Shown here in pieces: positions 50,216 through 59,313 of a stretch of DNA of 64,000 bases. The stretch's first letter is position 1, and each line of letters begins with the position of its first letter. This stretch comes from Armatimonadota bacterium (lineage in GTDB: Bacteria; Armatimonadota; UBA5829; DTLH01): assembly GCA_039680575.1 (NCBI GenBank), contig JBDKSP010000024.1, positions 1 to 64,000 of the forward strand, read 5' to 3'. The notes under the pieces were generated by a model. The model had not been told where the DNA came from, searched no databases, and saw nothing but the letters and a program-made list of their open reading frames with translations. Position numbers and translations under genes: made by a program.

Positions 50216-52015
50216 ATGGCAAAAAACAAAAAGTTCCTTTCGGGCAACGAAGCCATTGCGCATGGAGCTTACAAGGCCGGTTGCAATGTAGCGGCTGCTT
50301 ATCCTGGGACTCCCAGCACGGAAATACTGGAGAATGTTGCAAAGTTCAAAGACAGTATCTACTGCGAGTGGTCCGTCAATGAAAAGGTAGCGATGGAAGT
50401 CGTGATCGGATCTTCGTTCGCAGGGAAGAGATCTCTCACCGCAATGAAGCATGTCGGCTTGAATGTAGCCGCCGACCCGCTTATGACCGCAACGTTTATC
50501 GGTGCTAATGGTGGATTGGTCGTTGTGACGGCTGATGATCCCGGCATGCACAGTTCTCAGAACGAGCAGGACAACCGAGTGCTTGCCAGGTTCGCTAAAG
50601 CGCCGCTTTTCGAGCCGTCCGACAGCCAGGAAGCCTATGATATGACCATCGAGGCATTCGATGTGTCGGAAAAATACGATGCTCCGGCGATTATCAGGAT
50701 GACGACCCGGACCTCACACGCTTCGAGCGTTGTCGATCTCGGAGATTTCACTCCGCTCCCGTCAAACGGGCGGACATATACAAAAGATATTTCTAAAACG
50801 CTTCCCGTTCCGCTATATGCCAGATTGATGAGGGTCAAGGTAGAAGAGCGGACGAAAAAGCTGCGCGAATACTCCGAGACCTGCCGGTTCAACAGGATCG
50901 AAAAGGGCGACAGCGAGATCGGTATCGTCACATCGGGGATTTCATACCAATATGTAAAAGAAGTCTTTCCGGAGGCGAGTATCCTGAAGCTTGGATTCAC
51001 TAACCCTCTGCCTGTGAAGATGATCGCCGAATTCGCTGGTAGCGTAAAGCAGCTTTATGTCGTGGAAGAGCTTGACCCGTTCCTTGAGGAACAGATTCGG
51101 GCTATGGGCATCAAGGTCGAAGACCACGAGACACAGCTTCACATTTACGAACTGAATCCTCAGCGCTTGAGAGAACTTCGAGCTGAGATTTATAAAGAAG
51201 CCAAGCCGGTCATTCCAAGCAAGGGGGTGGGCGAGGGGCTTCCCTCAAGACCGCCTGTGCTCTGCGCAGGATGCGGGCACAGAGGGGTCTTCTATGCCCT
51301 GAACAGGTTGAATGCCACTGTCACGAGTGACATCGGATGCTATACCCTGGGCGCGTTCAAGCCGCTCGATGCTATTGACACTACCGTCTGCATGGGCGCA
51401 AGCATCGGTAACGCGCATGGGCTCGAAAAGGCTGGACTCAACAACAGGAAAGCGGCGGTCCTCGGCGACTCGACGTTCTTCCACTCCGGGATGACCGGAC
51501 TCATGAACGTAGTCTACAACAAGGGAACCAGCACAATCGTAGTTCTCGATAACCGCATTACGGCTATGACCGGGCACCAGGACAACCCTGGGACCGGCAA
51601 GACGCTTATGGGCGAGCCGACTACTGCTGTTACGATAGAGCAGGTCGCAAAAGGCGTCGGCGTAAAGCGCGTGCGGGAGGTCGATTGCTACAACCTGCAA
51701 GAGGTCGAGCAGGTGCTGAAAGAAGAGATGGATTCTCCTGAGCCGTCCGTTGTCGTAGCGAAACGGCCTTGCGTCCTGGGCTATAAGTTGAAAGTCACCA
51801 GACAGTTTGTGGTCGATACCGATGCGTGCCGTGGCTGCAGAGCATGTCTCAAGCTCGGATGCCCCGCGCTCGAACTCGGAGATGCCGATCCGGCGAAGCC
51901 CAATCTCAGGAAAGTGAGGGTCAACCCGGTGCTCTGCGCAGGTTGTGGAATGTGCGAGCAGGTATGTAAATACGACGCGATCAAAGAGAATATCCTTGAG
52001 GAGGCAGCTCGATGA
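50216..52015 (+). CDS. iorA: Indolepyruvate:ferredoxin oxidoreductase alpha subunit
   Basis: GNEAIA, YPGTPSTE, KHVGLNVAAD, LCAGCGH, GDSTF, C-terminal ferredoxin motifs. Confidence 0.93.
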   Translation: MAKNKKFLSGNEAIAHGAYKAGCNVAAAYPGTPSTEILENVAKFKDSIYCEWSVNEKVAMEVVIGSSFAGKRSLTAMKHVGLNVAADPLMTATFIGANGGLVVVTADDPGMHSSQNEQDNRVLARFAKAPLFEPSDSQEAYDMTIEAFDVSEKYDAPAIIRMTTRTSHASSVVDLGDFTPLPSNGRTYTKDISKTLPVPLYARLMRVKVEERTKKLREYSETCRFNRIEKGDSEIGIVTSGISYQYVKEVFPEASILKLGFTNPLPVKMIAEFAGSVKQLYVVEELDPFLEEQIRAMGIKVEDHETQLHIYELNPQRLRELRAEIYKEAKPVIPSKGVGEGLPSRPPVLCAGCGHRGVFYALNRLNATVTSDIGCYTLGAFKPLDAIDTTVCMGASIGNAHGLEKAGLNNRKAAVLGDSTFFHSGMTGLMNVVYNKGTSTIVVLDNRITAMTGHQDNPGTGKTLMGEPTTAVTIEQVAKGVGVKRVREVDCYNLQEVEQVLKEEMDSPEPSVVVAKRPCVLGYKLKVTRQFVVDTDACRGCRACLKLGCPALELGDADPAKPNLRKVRVNPVLCAGCGMCEQVCKYDAIKENILEEAAR

Positions 52016-52587
52016 GTAAAACGATAAACATATCGCTTGTAGGCGTGGGCGGGCAGGGGACTCTCCTTGCGAGCGAAGTTATTTCTCGCGCGGGGATGCT
52101 TTCCGGCAAGGATGTCAAAAAGAGCGAGGTCCACGGTATGGCCCAGCGCGGCGGAAGCGTCGTGAGTGAGGTCAGGATCGGTGAGAAGGTATATTCACCG
52201 ATCATTCCGGCCGGCGAGACCGATTTTCTGATGAGTTTCGAGCTTGTCGAGTCGCTTAGATACGCGGATACCGTTGCACCCAACGGAGTTGCGCTCATCA
52301 ACCGTCAAGCGATCATCCCCGTGACCGTCTCAAGCGGCCAGCAGCCGTGGATCGATGATATCGAAGACAGAATCGAGCGCGCGTATAATAACTACAAAGT
52401 CATAGACGCGCTCAAGATCGCCCGCGAGATCGGGAACATCAGGACCGTGAACATAATCATGGTCGGTGCGCTTTCCAAGCTGATGGATATTGAACAGTCG
52501 GTCTGGGAGCAGGCGCTCGTCGAACTCGTCCCGGCAAAACACAAAGACGTAAACCTGAAGGCATTCGCCGCAGGAAGAGAGTTGTAA
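52012..52587 (+). CDS. iorB: Indolepyruvate:ferredoxin oxidoreductase beta subunit
   Basis: GVGGQG, SEVHGMAQRGGSV. Confidence 0.93.
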   Translation: MSKTINISLVGVGGQGTLLASEVISRAGMLSGKDVKKSEVHGMAQRGGSVVSEVRIGEKVYSPIIPAGETDFLMSFELVESLRYADTVAPNGVALINRQAIIPVTVSSGQQPWIDDIEDRIERAYNNYKVIDALKIAREIGNIRTVNIIMVGALSKLMDIEQSVWEQALVELVPAKHKDVNLKAFAAGREL

Positions 52588-52599
52588 GCTAATCATGAT

Positions 52600-52630
52600 A
52601 GGACGGGGTTCCAAGCCCCGTCCTTTGTTT
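52600..52630 (+). terminator. Terminator after iorB
   Basis: AGGACGGGG-loop-CCCCGTCCT-TTGTTT. Confidence 0.7.
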
Positions 52631-52837
52631 CATGGGCAGCCAGCGGACATAAAATGCACGCAGCCCGGTATTATTCTAATGTGCAGGGGATCATATATCC
52701 CCCGTGCTATCATAGATGCTTTAAGTCTCCACATTCCGCGTTTCCCCTTATTCTGTGTCTCCGCGGTTCAAAAGCTGACAGATGACTCGTTGACTTTCAT
52801 TCCAAGCTAGGATATTATCAATGGCGAGGATAGACAT

Positions 52838-53311
52838 TTGGAAAACGATAATAAGCAGATTTATACCGTCCGTAAACCGAAAAGATTGCATCCGGCGCTC
52901 ATGGGGTGTTCGGTATTTGTTGTCATCGTAATAATATTTCTGTCTGTTGTGTTGGCCTCATTCTATAAGACTCCTTATGCGAAAAACCTTGCCGGGTGTA
53001 CGGATAATATAAAAAAGGTCGGAGACGCGCTGGAACGGTATTATGTAAAGCAGGACACTTACCCGGATGATCTGAAAGAACTTGTGCCTGATTACCTGCC
53101 GGCGTCGGCACTTCGCTGTCCAGCGGATAAATCAGCGGAGGATTCGGTCTCGTACATCTATATAAAGCCCGATTCGAAGTCGCCAGCGGAGTTTATTATG
53201 CTCAGTTGCAAACATCACAAGGTGAGCGGGAAGATGAAGTCCAAATTTCCCGGCGCGATTCTCCAATATCGAAAAAACGGCACTATCACAATGATTCCGG
53301 TGACGGATTAA
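52838..53311 (+). CDS. Membrane-anchored pseudopilin-like protein
   Basis: TM helix then CTDNIKKVGDALERY..DTYPDDLKEL..LRCP; no GFTLIE methylation motif. Confidence 0.55.
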   Translation: MENDNKQIYTVRKPKRLHPALMGCSVFVVIVIIFLSVVLASFYKTPYAKNLAGCTDNIKKVGDALERYYVKQDTYPDDLKELVPDYLPASALRCPADKSAEDSVSYIYIKPDSKSPAEFIMLSCKHHKVSGKMKSKFPGAILQYRKNGTITMIPVTD

Positions 53312-53397
53312 CGGAAGTAAGATAAACCTGCAGAGTTTTGGCAGTTGATGTAACGAATAGGAAATATCGTTTTCAGCCAAAACCCTGCAGGTTGTTT

Positions 53398-54801
53398 TTA
53401 TGCTGCTTGAATGAGTCCAGACTCGGTCTCGGAAATACCCAGCCCGGTGGCTACAGCTTTGACAAGATCATCCGCGTTTGTAGCCTGGGTCGGATATGAA
53501 GCCCATGATGTATCGACTTCAGCGTGGATGGATTCTTTGCTTTCGGCAGACTGCAGTGTATCTTTTATAAGTGATTTCCGAACACGTTCGGCGACATTGG
53601 CAGCTTGGACTCCGGCATGAGGTAATATTATTGCAAATATCTGATCGTCGAACCTGGCTACTACATCTCCTTTTCGCACGGACGCTCGAATTTTCTGCGC
53701 TGCCTGTGTCAGGATATCGTCGGTCCTGATCAGTTTTGTCAGCCGGCCTACAGTTTCGGGCAGTTCTATTCGCACGAGTACGAACCCGACCGGATGATTA
53801 TACCGGCATGCACGGTTTATTTCCTCGTCGAGCCGTTCCATGAGGTATTTACGGTTATAGACACCGGTCAGGGTGTCTACGACTGTATACTGCTCCAGCA
53901 CCCTGTTCTGGTCCTGCAGCCGCCTGGATAGCTGCGTTACCTGTATCTGCGCATCCCTGATCTCATCCGTCATCAGGATCTTTTTCAGCTTCTTTGTGCT
54001 GTTTCTCAGGATATGAGAGACATAATTGCATGAAATATTGAGTTTTCGCGCTATCTCAGTCTGGTTGTGGTCCAGATAATAGAATTCGTAGATGACTTTT
54101 TGTTCTATGGACTTCAACCTGTCCATAGCAGTCTCAAGTACGATTTTATCTTCTATCGGCAATTGGAAGGTGGTATACTTCTGATCTTTGATCTTGTCCG
54201 TATCCACCGGATAACCCGAACCGTCATCTCTGTCGGTTCCCGCGTCGAGCGAAGAAACCTTGAATACTTCCCGTGTCGTCAGTAGTTCCGCTACGGTGTC
54301 TTCGGGTAAATCCATGATCTCGCCTACCTCCTGCTCGGTAGGTGGACGGCCGTTCTTCTGCGTCAGTGAATCGATGACTCTGCTCACTCTCTGGTTAAGT
54401 TCCTGGAGCCATGCAGGTTCTTTGATGATCTTACCCTTATCGCGGAGGTAGTGCTTTATCTGGCCTATAATAAAGTGCGTTGCATAGGTGGAGAACTTTA
54501 CGCCTTTAGAAGGATCATACAGGTCCACCGACGTAATCAAGCCGATGTAGCCTTCCTGTACCAGATCTTCTACCGGTTCGCAAGCGCAGACGAATCGCCG
54601 GGCTACGCTTTCCACCAGGTTGCTGTACTGAAGCACGATCTGGTCACGTATGGCGATGTTACGAGACGCCATATATTTCGTCAGAAGACTCTGTACTCCA
54701 TCTTCAGTGAGTTTATGTGTATTTCGAATGTTTGTGGACTGCATCATCATATTTGCCAGCATAATATCGGTGCGCGGAGTGCGACCTCCGCGCACCAACA
54801 T
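53398..54801 (-). CDS. SigB/SigF/SigG-type sigma factor fused to a degenerate GGDEF domain
   Basis: Region 2 EDLVQEGYIGL..KFSTYA, region 3 GRPPTEQEV, region 4 QTEIARKLNIS; then DTLTGVYNRKY...RKGDVVARFDDQIF. Confidence 0.88.
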   Translation of the reverse strand: MLVRGGRTPRTDIMLANMMMQSTNIRNTHKLTEDGVQSLLTKYMASRNIAIRDQIVLQYSNLVESVARRFVCACEPVEDLVQEGYIGLITSVDLYDPSKGVKFSTYATHFIIGQIKHYLRDKGKIIKEPAWLQELNQRVSRVIDSLTQKNGRPPTEQEVGEIMDLPEDTVAELLTTREVFKVSSLDAGTDRDDGSGYPVDTDKIKDQKYTTFQLPIEDKIVLETAMDRLKSIEQKVIYEFYYLDHNQTEIARKLNISCNYVSHILRNSTKKLKKILMTDEIRDAQIQVTQLSRRLQDQNRVLEQYTVVDTLTGVYNRKYLMERLDEEINRACRYNHPVGFVLVRIELPETVGRLTKLIRTDDILTQAAQKIRASVRKGDVVARFDDQIFAIILPHAGVQAANVAERVRKSLIKDTLQSAESKESIHAEVDTSWASYPTQATNADDLVKAVATGLGISETESGLIQAA

Positions 54802-54823
54802 TACTCCTCAGTTGATTTTTAAT

Positions 54824-54897
54824 AAGTTTCAGGTGTCACCTGAGACTCTCCTGCAAGATTTTCGGCTGTCAATTATTAAGCAGCCGAAAATCCATAG
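54824..54897 (-). repeat. Two-hairpin element in the sigma-GGDEF leader
   Basis: GATTTTCGGCTG-loop-CAGCCGAAAATC-TTGCAGG-AGAGTCTCAGGTGACACCTGAAACT. Confidence 0.65.
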
Positions 54898-54929
54898 TTG
54901 TCAGTTATCGGCAGGATGTATGATTGAGC

Positions 54930-56135
54930 CTATCCGATAGAGCTGACCAGTTTGAATATCGGGGCCATTATCGAAACAGCTATAAAGCCGACGATTCCGC
55001 CCATAACTACTATAAGACACGGTTCGATAAGCGAAGTCAGTGCTTTTACCGCGCCTTCCACTTCCTGGTCATAGAAATCAGACACCTTTAAAAGCATGTC
55101 CGAGAGCCTTCCTGTCTCTTCTCCGATGTCGATCATATGCGTGACCATGTTCGGGAAGAGCCCGCTTTGTGCAAGCGGAGTGCTGATCTTCTGACCTTCT
55201 CTGATAGCGGTCCGGGCATTTTCGACCGCTTGTGCAATCACCACATTGCCGGAAGTCTCGCCTACGATTTCCAGTGATCTCATCATAGGGACACCGCTTG
55301 CTATGAGTGTTGCGAATGTCCGCGAAAACCTGGAAATCGCCATCTTTTGAACCAGTTCGCCGATGGCAGGTACTTTCAGCTTCAGTTTGTCTATCTGGAA
55401 CCTGCCCTGCTCCGTCTTGGAGTAGCTCTTATAACCTATATAGCTTCCTACGACCAGGATCAGGAGCACGTACCAGTAAGTCCGCAGAAATGTGCTGCCA
55501 TCGAACAGCATCTGAGTGATAAACGGCATCTTCACGTTCATGCTGACGAATATCTCTTTGAACTTGGGCAGCACGAACATAAAGAGCGCCAAAATCATCA
55601 ATACGGCAAATACGAGGACCATGACAGGATAGATCATCGCCGATTTGATCTTGCTGCGGACTTCATCTTCTTTTTCAAGGAAGGTCGAGAGCCTGTCGAG
55701 TATCTGGTCCAGGATTCCGCCTGTCTCCGCTGCTCTGACCATATTGATGTAGAGCCGCGAGAACACGTTCGGGTGCTTGCTGAATGCGTCAGTAAGCGAA
55801 AGACCCGCCTTTACATCTCGTTTGCACTGGCCGATTGCCGGTTTTAACGCATCATCCTTTGTCTGTCCTTCAAGGATGTCCAGACAGCGGACAACTGCAA
55901 TTCCGGCGTCAATCATAGTAGCAAACTGCCGGCTGAAAACGACCATCGATTTCAGCTTGACTTTTTTGTTTCCAACGGTCGGCATTTTTTTGCCTTCCCG
56001 CTGTCTGCTGACGCTTACGATGTGCAGATTTTGCTCGTGCAGTTTGTTTAATACAGACTGCTCGGTCTCCGCATCCATCTTCCCGCGCACCATTCTGCCG
56101 GTCCCGTCAATCGCGGTATATGCGAATGTTGACAT
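54930..56135 (-). CDS. pilC: Type IV pilus platform protein PilC
   Basis: FSRQFATMIDAG, AETGG, AMIYP, GEETGRL, SLIEP. Confidence 0.93.
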   Translation of the reverse strand: MSTFAYTAIDGTGRMVRGKMDAETEQSVLNKLHEQNLHIVSVSRQREGKKMPTVGNKKVKLKSMVVFSRQFATMIDAGIAVVRCLDILEGQTKDDALKPAIGQCKRDVKAGLSLTDAFSKHPNVFSRLYINMVRAAETGGILDQILDRLSTFLEKEDEVRSKIKSAMIYPVMVLVFAVLMILALFMFVLPKFKEIFVSMNVKMPFITQMLFDGSTFLRTYWYVLLILVVGSYIGYKSYSKTEQGRFQIDKLKLKVPAIGELVQKMAISRFSRTFATLIASGVPMMRSLEIVGETSGNVVIAQAVENARTAIREGQKISTPLAQSGLFPNMVTHMIDIGEETGRLSDMLLKVSDFYDQEVEGAVKALTSLIEPCLIVVMGGIVGFIAVSIMAPIFKLVSSIG

Positions 56136-56138
56136 TAA

Positions 56139-57266
56139 CTAACCTCCATCAAGGAACCTTTGGAAGTTCTCCGGATCGATAGCCCGGGCTGTCGCATCCT
56201 GCAGGCTTATCTGGCCATTCCTGTTAAGGTCGGCCAGCACTTTGTCCATAGACTGCATGCCGAATTGCGCGCCGGTCTCGATTGTGGAGTGAATCTGGAA
56301 GGTCTTTCCCTCCCGGATTAGATTCCTGATTGCGGAAGTTGCGATAAGTACTTCGATAGAGGCTACTCTACCGCCGCCCAGACGTGGTATGAGCTGTTGA
56401 GCTACTATGCCTTCGATAGTATTGGATAGCAGGACTCTTATCTGGTCCTGTTGATGTGGCGGAAATACGTCTATGACCCTGTCGACAGTCTGCGGTGCGT
56501 TTCTTGTGTGCAGACTTCCAAAGACAAGGTGTCCCGTTTCCGCTAGTGTTAGAGCTGCTGAGATAGTCTCCAGGTCTCGCATCTCACCGATCAGGATAAC
56601 ATCCGGGTCTTCTCTTAAGACTGCGCGGAGCGCGTTATCGAACGAGTCCGTATCGGCGTTCAGCTCTCTCTGGTTGACCATCGCGCGTTTATGCCTGTGC
56701 AGATACTCGATCGGGTCCTCTATCGTCATGATGTGGACCTCTTGTTCCGAGTTGATCATATCGATCATAGAGGCAATGGTTGTGGACTTTCCGCTTCCGG
56801 TCGGTCCGGTAACAAGTATAAGCCCGCTGTGCTTCCTGCACAGGTTGCGAAGCACGTTCGGGAGTCTTAGCTGTTCGAATGACGGGATCTGGTTGGGAAT
56901 AGACCGGAATGCTGCCCCTACAGACCCTCTTTGCCTATAGATGTTGACCCTGAACCGTCCGACGTCCCTTACACCGTAGGAGAAATCGAGCTCATGTGTC
57001 TTTTCGAACCATTGGATATGGTCCGTTTTCAGAATATCGTAAACCAGACGCTGTATTTCATTGGGTGTAAGAGGGCTGTAATCCATCCGCACCAGTTTGC
57101 CGTCTATACGGATTACAGGCGGCAGCCCTACGGAAAGGTGAAGGTCGGACGCGCTCCTCTCTGTGGCTTCCCGGAGCAGGTCGTCTATATGCACATTCTC
57201 AGCGCTTGGCGCCTGTTCCATATAGGCAAAATCGCTGATTTCTTCCAATGAATATTCGTCTCTCAA
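56139..57266 (-). CDS. pilT: Retraction ATPase PilT
   Basis: ASDLH, GPTGSGKST, EDPIE, AIRNLIRE, GMQSMD. Confidence 0.95.
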   Translation of the reverse strand: MRDEYSLEEISDFAYMEQAPSAENVHIDDLLREATERSASDLHLSVGLPPVIRIDGKLVRMDYSPLTPNEIQRLVYDILKTDHIQWFEKTHELDFSYGVRDVGRFRVNIYRQRGSVGAAFRSIPNQIPSFEQLRLPNVLRNLCRKHSGLILVTGPTGSGKSTTIASMIDMINSEQEVHIMTIEDPIEYLHRHKRAMVNQRELNADTDSFDNALRAVLREDPDVILIGEMRDLETISAALTLAETGHLVFGSLHTRNAPQTVDRVIDVFPPHQQDQIRVLLSNTIEGIVAQQLIPRLGGGRVASIEVLIATSAIRNLIREGKTFQIHSTIETGAQFGMQSMDKVLADLNRNGQISLQDATARAIDPENFQRFLDGG

Positions 57267-57320
57267 GTCCGTTCTCCAGTCGTAATAGGTGTATAGCAAA
57301 AGTCTCCGCGAAAAATCTGT

Positions 57321-59048
57321 CTAGCCCGAGTAAATTACCCTCATCGATTCTTCAAGTGAAGTTGTCCCGAGGAGTATTTTCTCCATTGCATCTTCTTTGA
57401 TCGTCTTCATGCCCATCTGCACAGCCGCTTCTTTGATCAGATGTGTAGATGACCTGGAAAGCACAAGGTCGCGGATTTTGTCGTTCATTATCATAAGCTC
57501 ATAGACGCCGATTCGCCCCTTGTAGCCGGTGCCTTTACAGTGATCGCAGCCTCTGCCTCGATAAAACGTAACAGGCGTTTCCCCATCGAGTGGTATTCCG
57601 AGTCTCTTTACCGCATCCAGCGGCGGCTTATATTGTTCCTTGCATTTGGTGCAGATGCACCGCACAAGTCTCTGCGCCATAATTCCGATAACACCGGATG
57701 CTATGAGGAACGGTTCGATCCCCATATCGAGGAGCCTTGTTATGGCTCCAGGAGCATCATTTGTGTGCAGCGTAGAGAGCACCAGGTGGCCAGTAAGGGC
57801 GGCTTCCGACGCAATCAGCGCTGTTTCTCCGTCTCTGATCTCTCCGACCATTACTATGTTAGGGTCCTGCCTTAGCATAGTCCTTAGTCCCGCTGCGAAT
57901 GTCAGCCCCGCTCTGGCATTGATCTGCGTCTGCGTTATCCCCGGGAGCTCATACTCTACCGGGTCTTCCAGCGTAAGGATATTTTTTTCTCCCGAATTCA
58001 GTTTCGAGAGAACAGAATAAAGTGTCGTCGATTTTCCACTTCCGGTCGGTCCCGTAACAAGGATAATCCCATAAGTGCGCATTATAAGTGACTCGAACCG
58101 CTCGAGTGTCTCGGGCAGGAGTCCCAATTTGTTCAAACCGACGGAAATGGAACCCTTATCAAGGATCCTCATGACGATTTTTTCGCCATTTATGGACGGC
58201 AGCGTGGATACACGGAAGTCGAAAGGCCTGCCGTCTATGACTGCGCCGATCCTGCCATCCTGCGGAGCCCGCTTCTCGGCGATATCCATCTCAGCCATGA
58301 TCTTGTATCTGGATGTCAGGGATGCCTGAACCTTCTTAGGCGCAGCCATGGCTTCATGCAGGATACCGTCGATTCGAAATCTGACTCTTACGGCCTCTCT
58401 GGTTGGTTCTATGTGAATATCGCTCGCTCCGTCTGCGACAGCACGGCTGATGATAAGATTGGCCAGTTTTATAACAGGCGCTTCCTCGGACAGCTCTTTG
58501 AGCTGCTCAATGGAAATATCTTCTTCTCTGATATCTTCCGTAGTGGTGAAATCGATCTCACCACCTTCGATATCCCGCATAACTTCGCTGACAACGGCAT
58601 TAACTGATGCTTCACTTCGATAACACCGGTTAATTGCAGCTACAATATCTTCTTCTACAGCGATCATCGGCTCGATTTCGACTCCGGTTGTGAGCCGGAT
58701 TTCATCGATGACGAAGATATCCAGAGGGTTTTTCATGGCGAGTGCCAATTTGCCGTTATTTCTCGCAATCGGGATTACCTTCTGCCGCCTTGCAAGTTCC
58801 TGGGATACCATTTTGATCGCTTCAGGATCAGGTTCTTTATCTATCAGGTCAACGAACGGCACTCCCCACTGTTCACCCAGGCACCTTATTCTGTCTTTTT
58901 CTCCGATCAGATGCATGTTCACCAGAACATCACCCAGAGATTCCTGAGTCTTGAGCTGCTTTTGTTTTTCCAGCGCCTGTTCAAGCTGGTCTTGTGTGAT
59001 CAGATTGAGCCGAACGCAGATTTCACCTATTGCTTGTGGTCTTGCCAT
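57321..59048 (-). CDS. pilB: Extension ATPase PilB/GspE with MshEN-like N-terminus
   Basis: ASDIHIEP, PQDGR, GPTGSGKS, tetracysteine CTKC...CDHC. Confidence 0.93.
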   Translation of the reverse strand: MARPQAIGEICVRLNLITQDQLEQALEKQKQLKTQESLGDVLVNMHLIGEKDRIRCLGEQWGVPFVDLIDKEPDPEAIKMVSQELARRQKVIPIARNNGKLALAMKNPLDIFVIDEIRLTTGVEIEPMIAVEEDIVAAINRCYRSEASVNAVVSEVMRDIEGGEIDFTTTEDIREEDISIEQLKELSEEAPVIKLANLIISRAVADGASDIHIEPTREAVRVRFRIDGILHEAMAAPKKVQASLTSRYKIMAEMDIAEKRAPQDGRIGAVIDGRPFDFRVSTLPSINGEKIVMRILDKGSISVGLNKLGLLPETLERFESLIMRTYGIILVTGPTGSGKSTTLYSVLSKLNSGEKNILTLEDPVEYELPGITQTQINARAGLTFAAGLRTMLRQDPNIVMVGEIRDGETALIASEAALTGHLVLSTLHTNDAPGAITRLLDMGIEPFLIASGVIGIMAQRLVRCICTKCKEQYKPPLDAVKRLGIPLDGETPVTFYRGRGCDHCKGTGYKGRIGVYELMIMNDKIRDLVLSRSSTHLIKEAAVQMGMKTIKEDAMEKILLGTTSLEESMRVIYSG

Positions 59049-59193
59049 CCTGGTCCTGCCGCGAGAGTAATACCATGTGGCACTCTCTGATTTTTATTGT
59101 TGAGCATCGCTCGCGTTTCCCGTAAGTATGCGGAGTAGAGCCGCGATATTCAGCTTTTTATAAAGAGGTTCGCTTTAACAGTGCTCCTTTTAT

Positions 59194-59220
59194 TTATCGG
59201 TTAATGTGACTCCCGATTAC
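59194..59220 (-). promoter_or_regulatory. Sigma28-like promoter upstream of pilB
   Basis: GTAA-N15-ACCGATAA, downstream of the secretin terminator. Confidence 0.4.
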
Positions 59221-59263
59221 AGGCCATAGCCGGAAGTTAACCGGTCTATTTTTACTCATTTGT

Positions 59264-59294
59264 AAAGAGAGCCAGGCCGTACAGCCCGGCCCTC
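59264..59294 (-). terminator. Terminator after secretin gene
   Basis: GAGGGCCGGGC-loop-GCCTGGCTCTC-TTT on the minus strand. Confidence 0.55.
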
Positions 59295-59313
59295 CTGCTG
59301 CTGTCTGTGATTA

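Noticed and set aside
54824..54897. c-di-GMP riboswitch in the sigma-GGDEF leader
   Set aside because: Lacks recognisable GEMM/class II conserved motifs, and the same element occurs elsewhere in mixed orientations.
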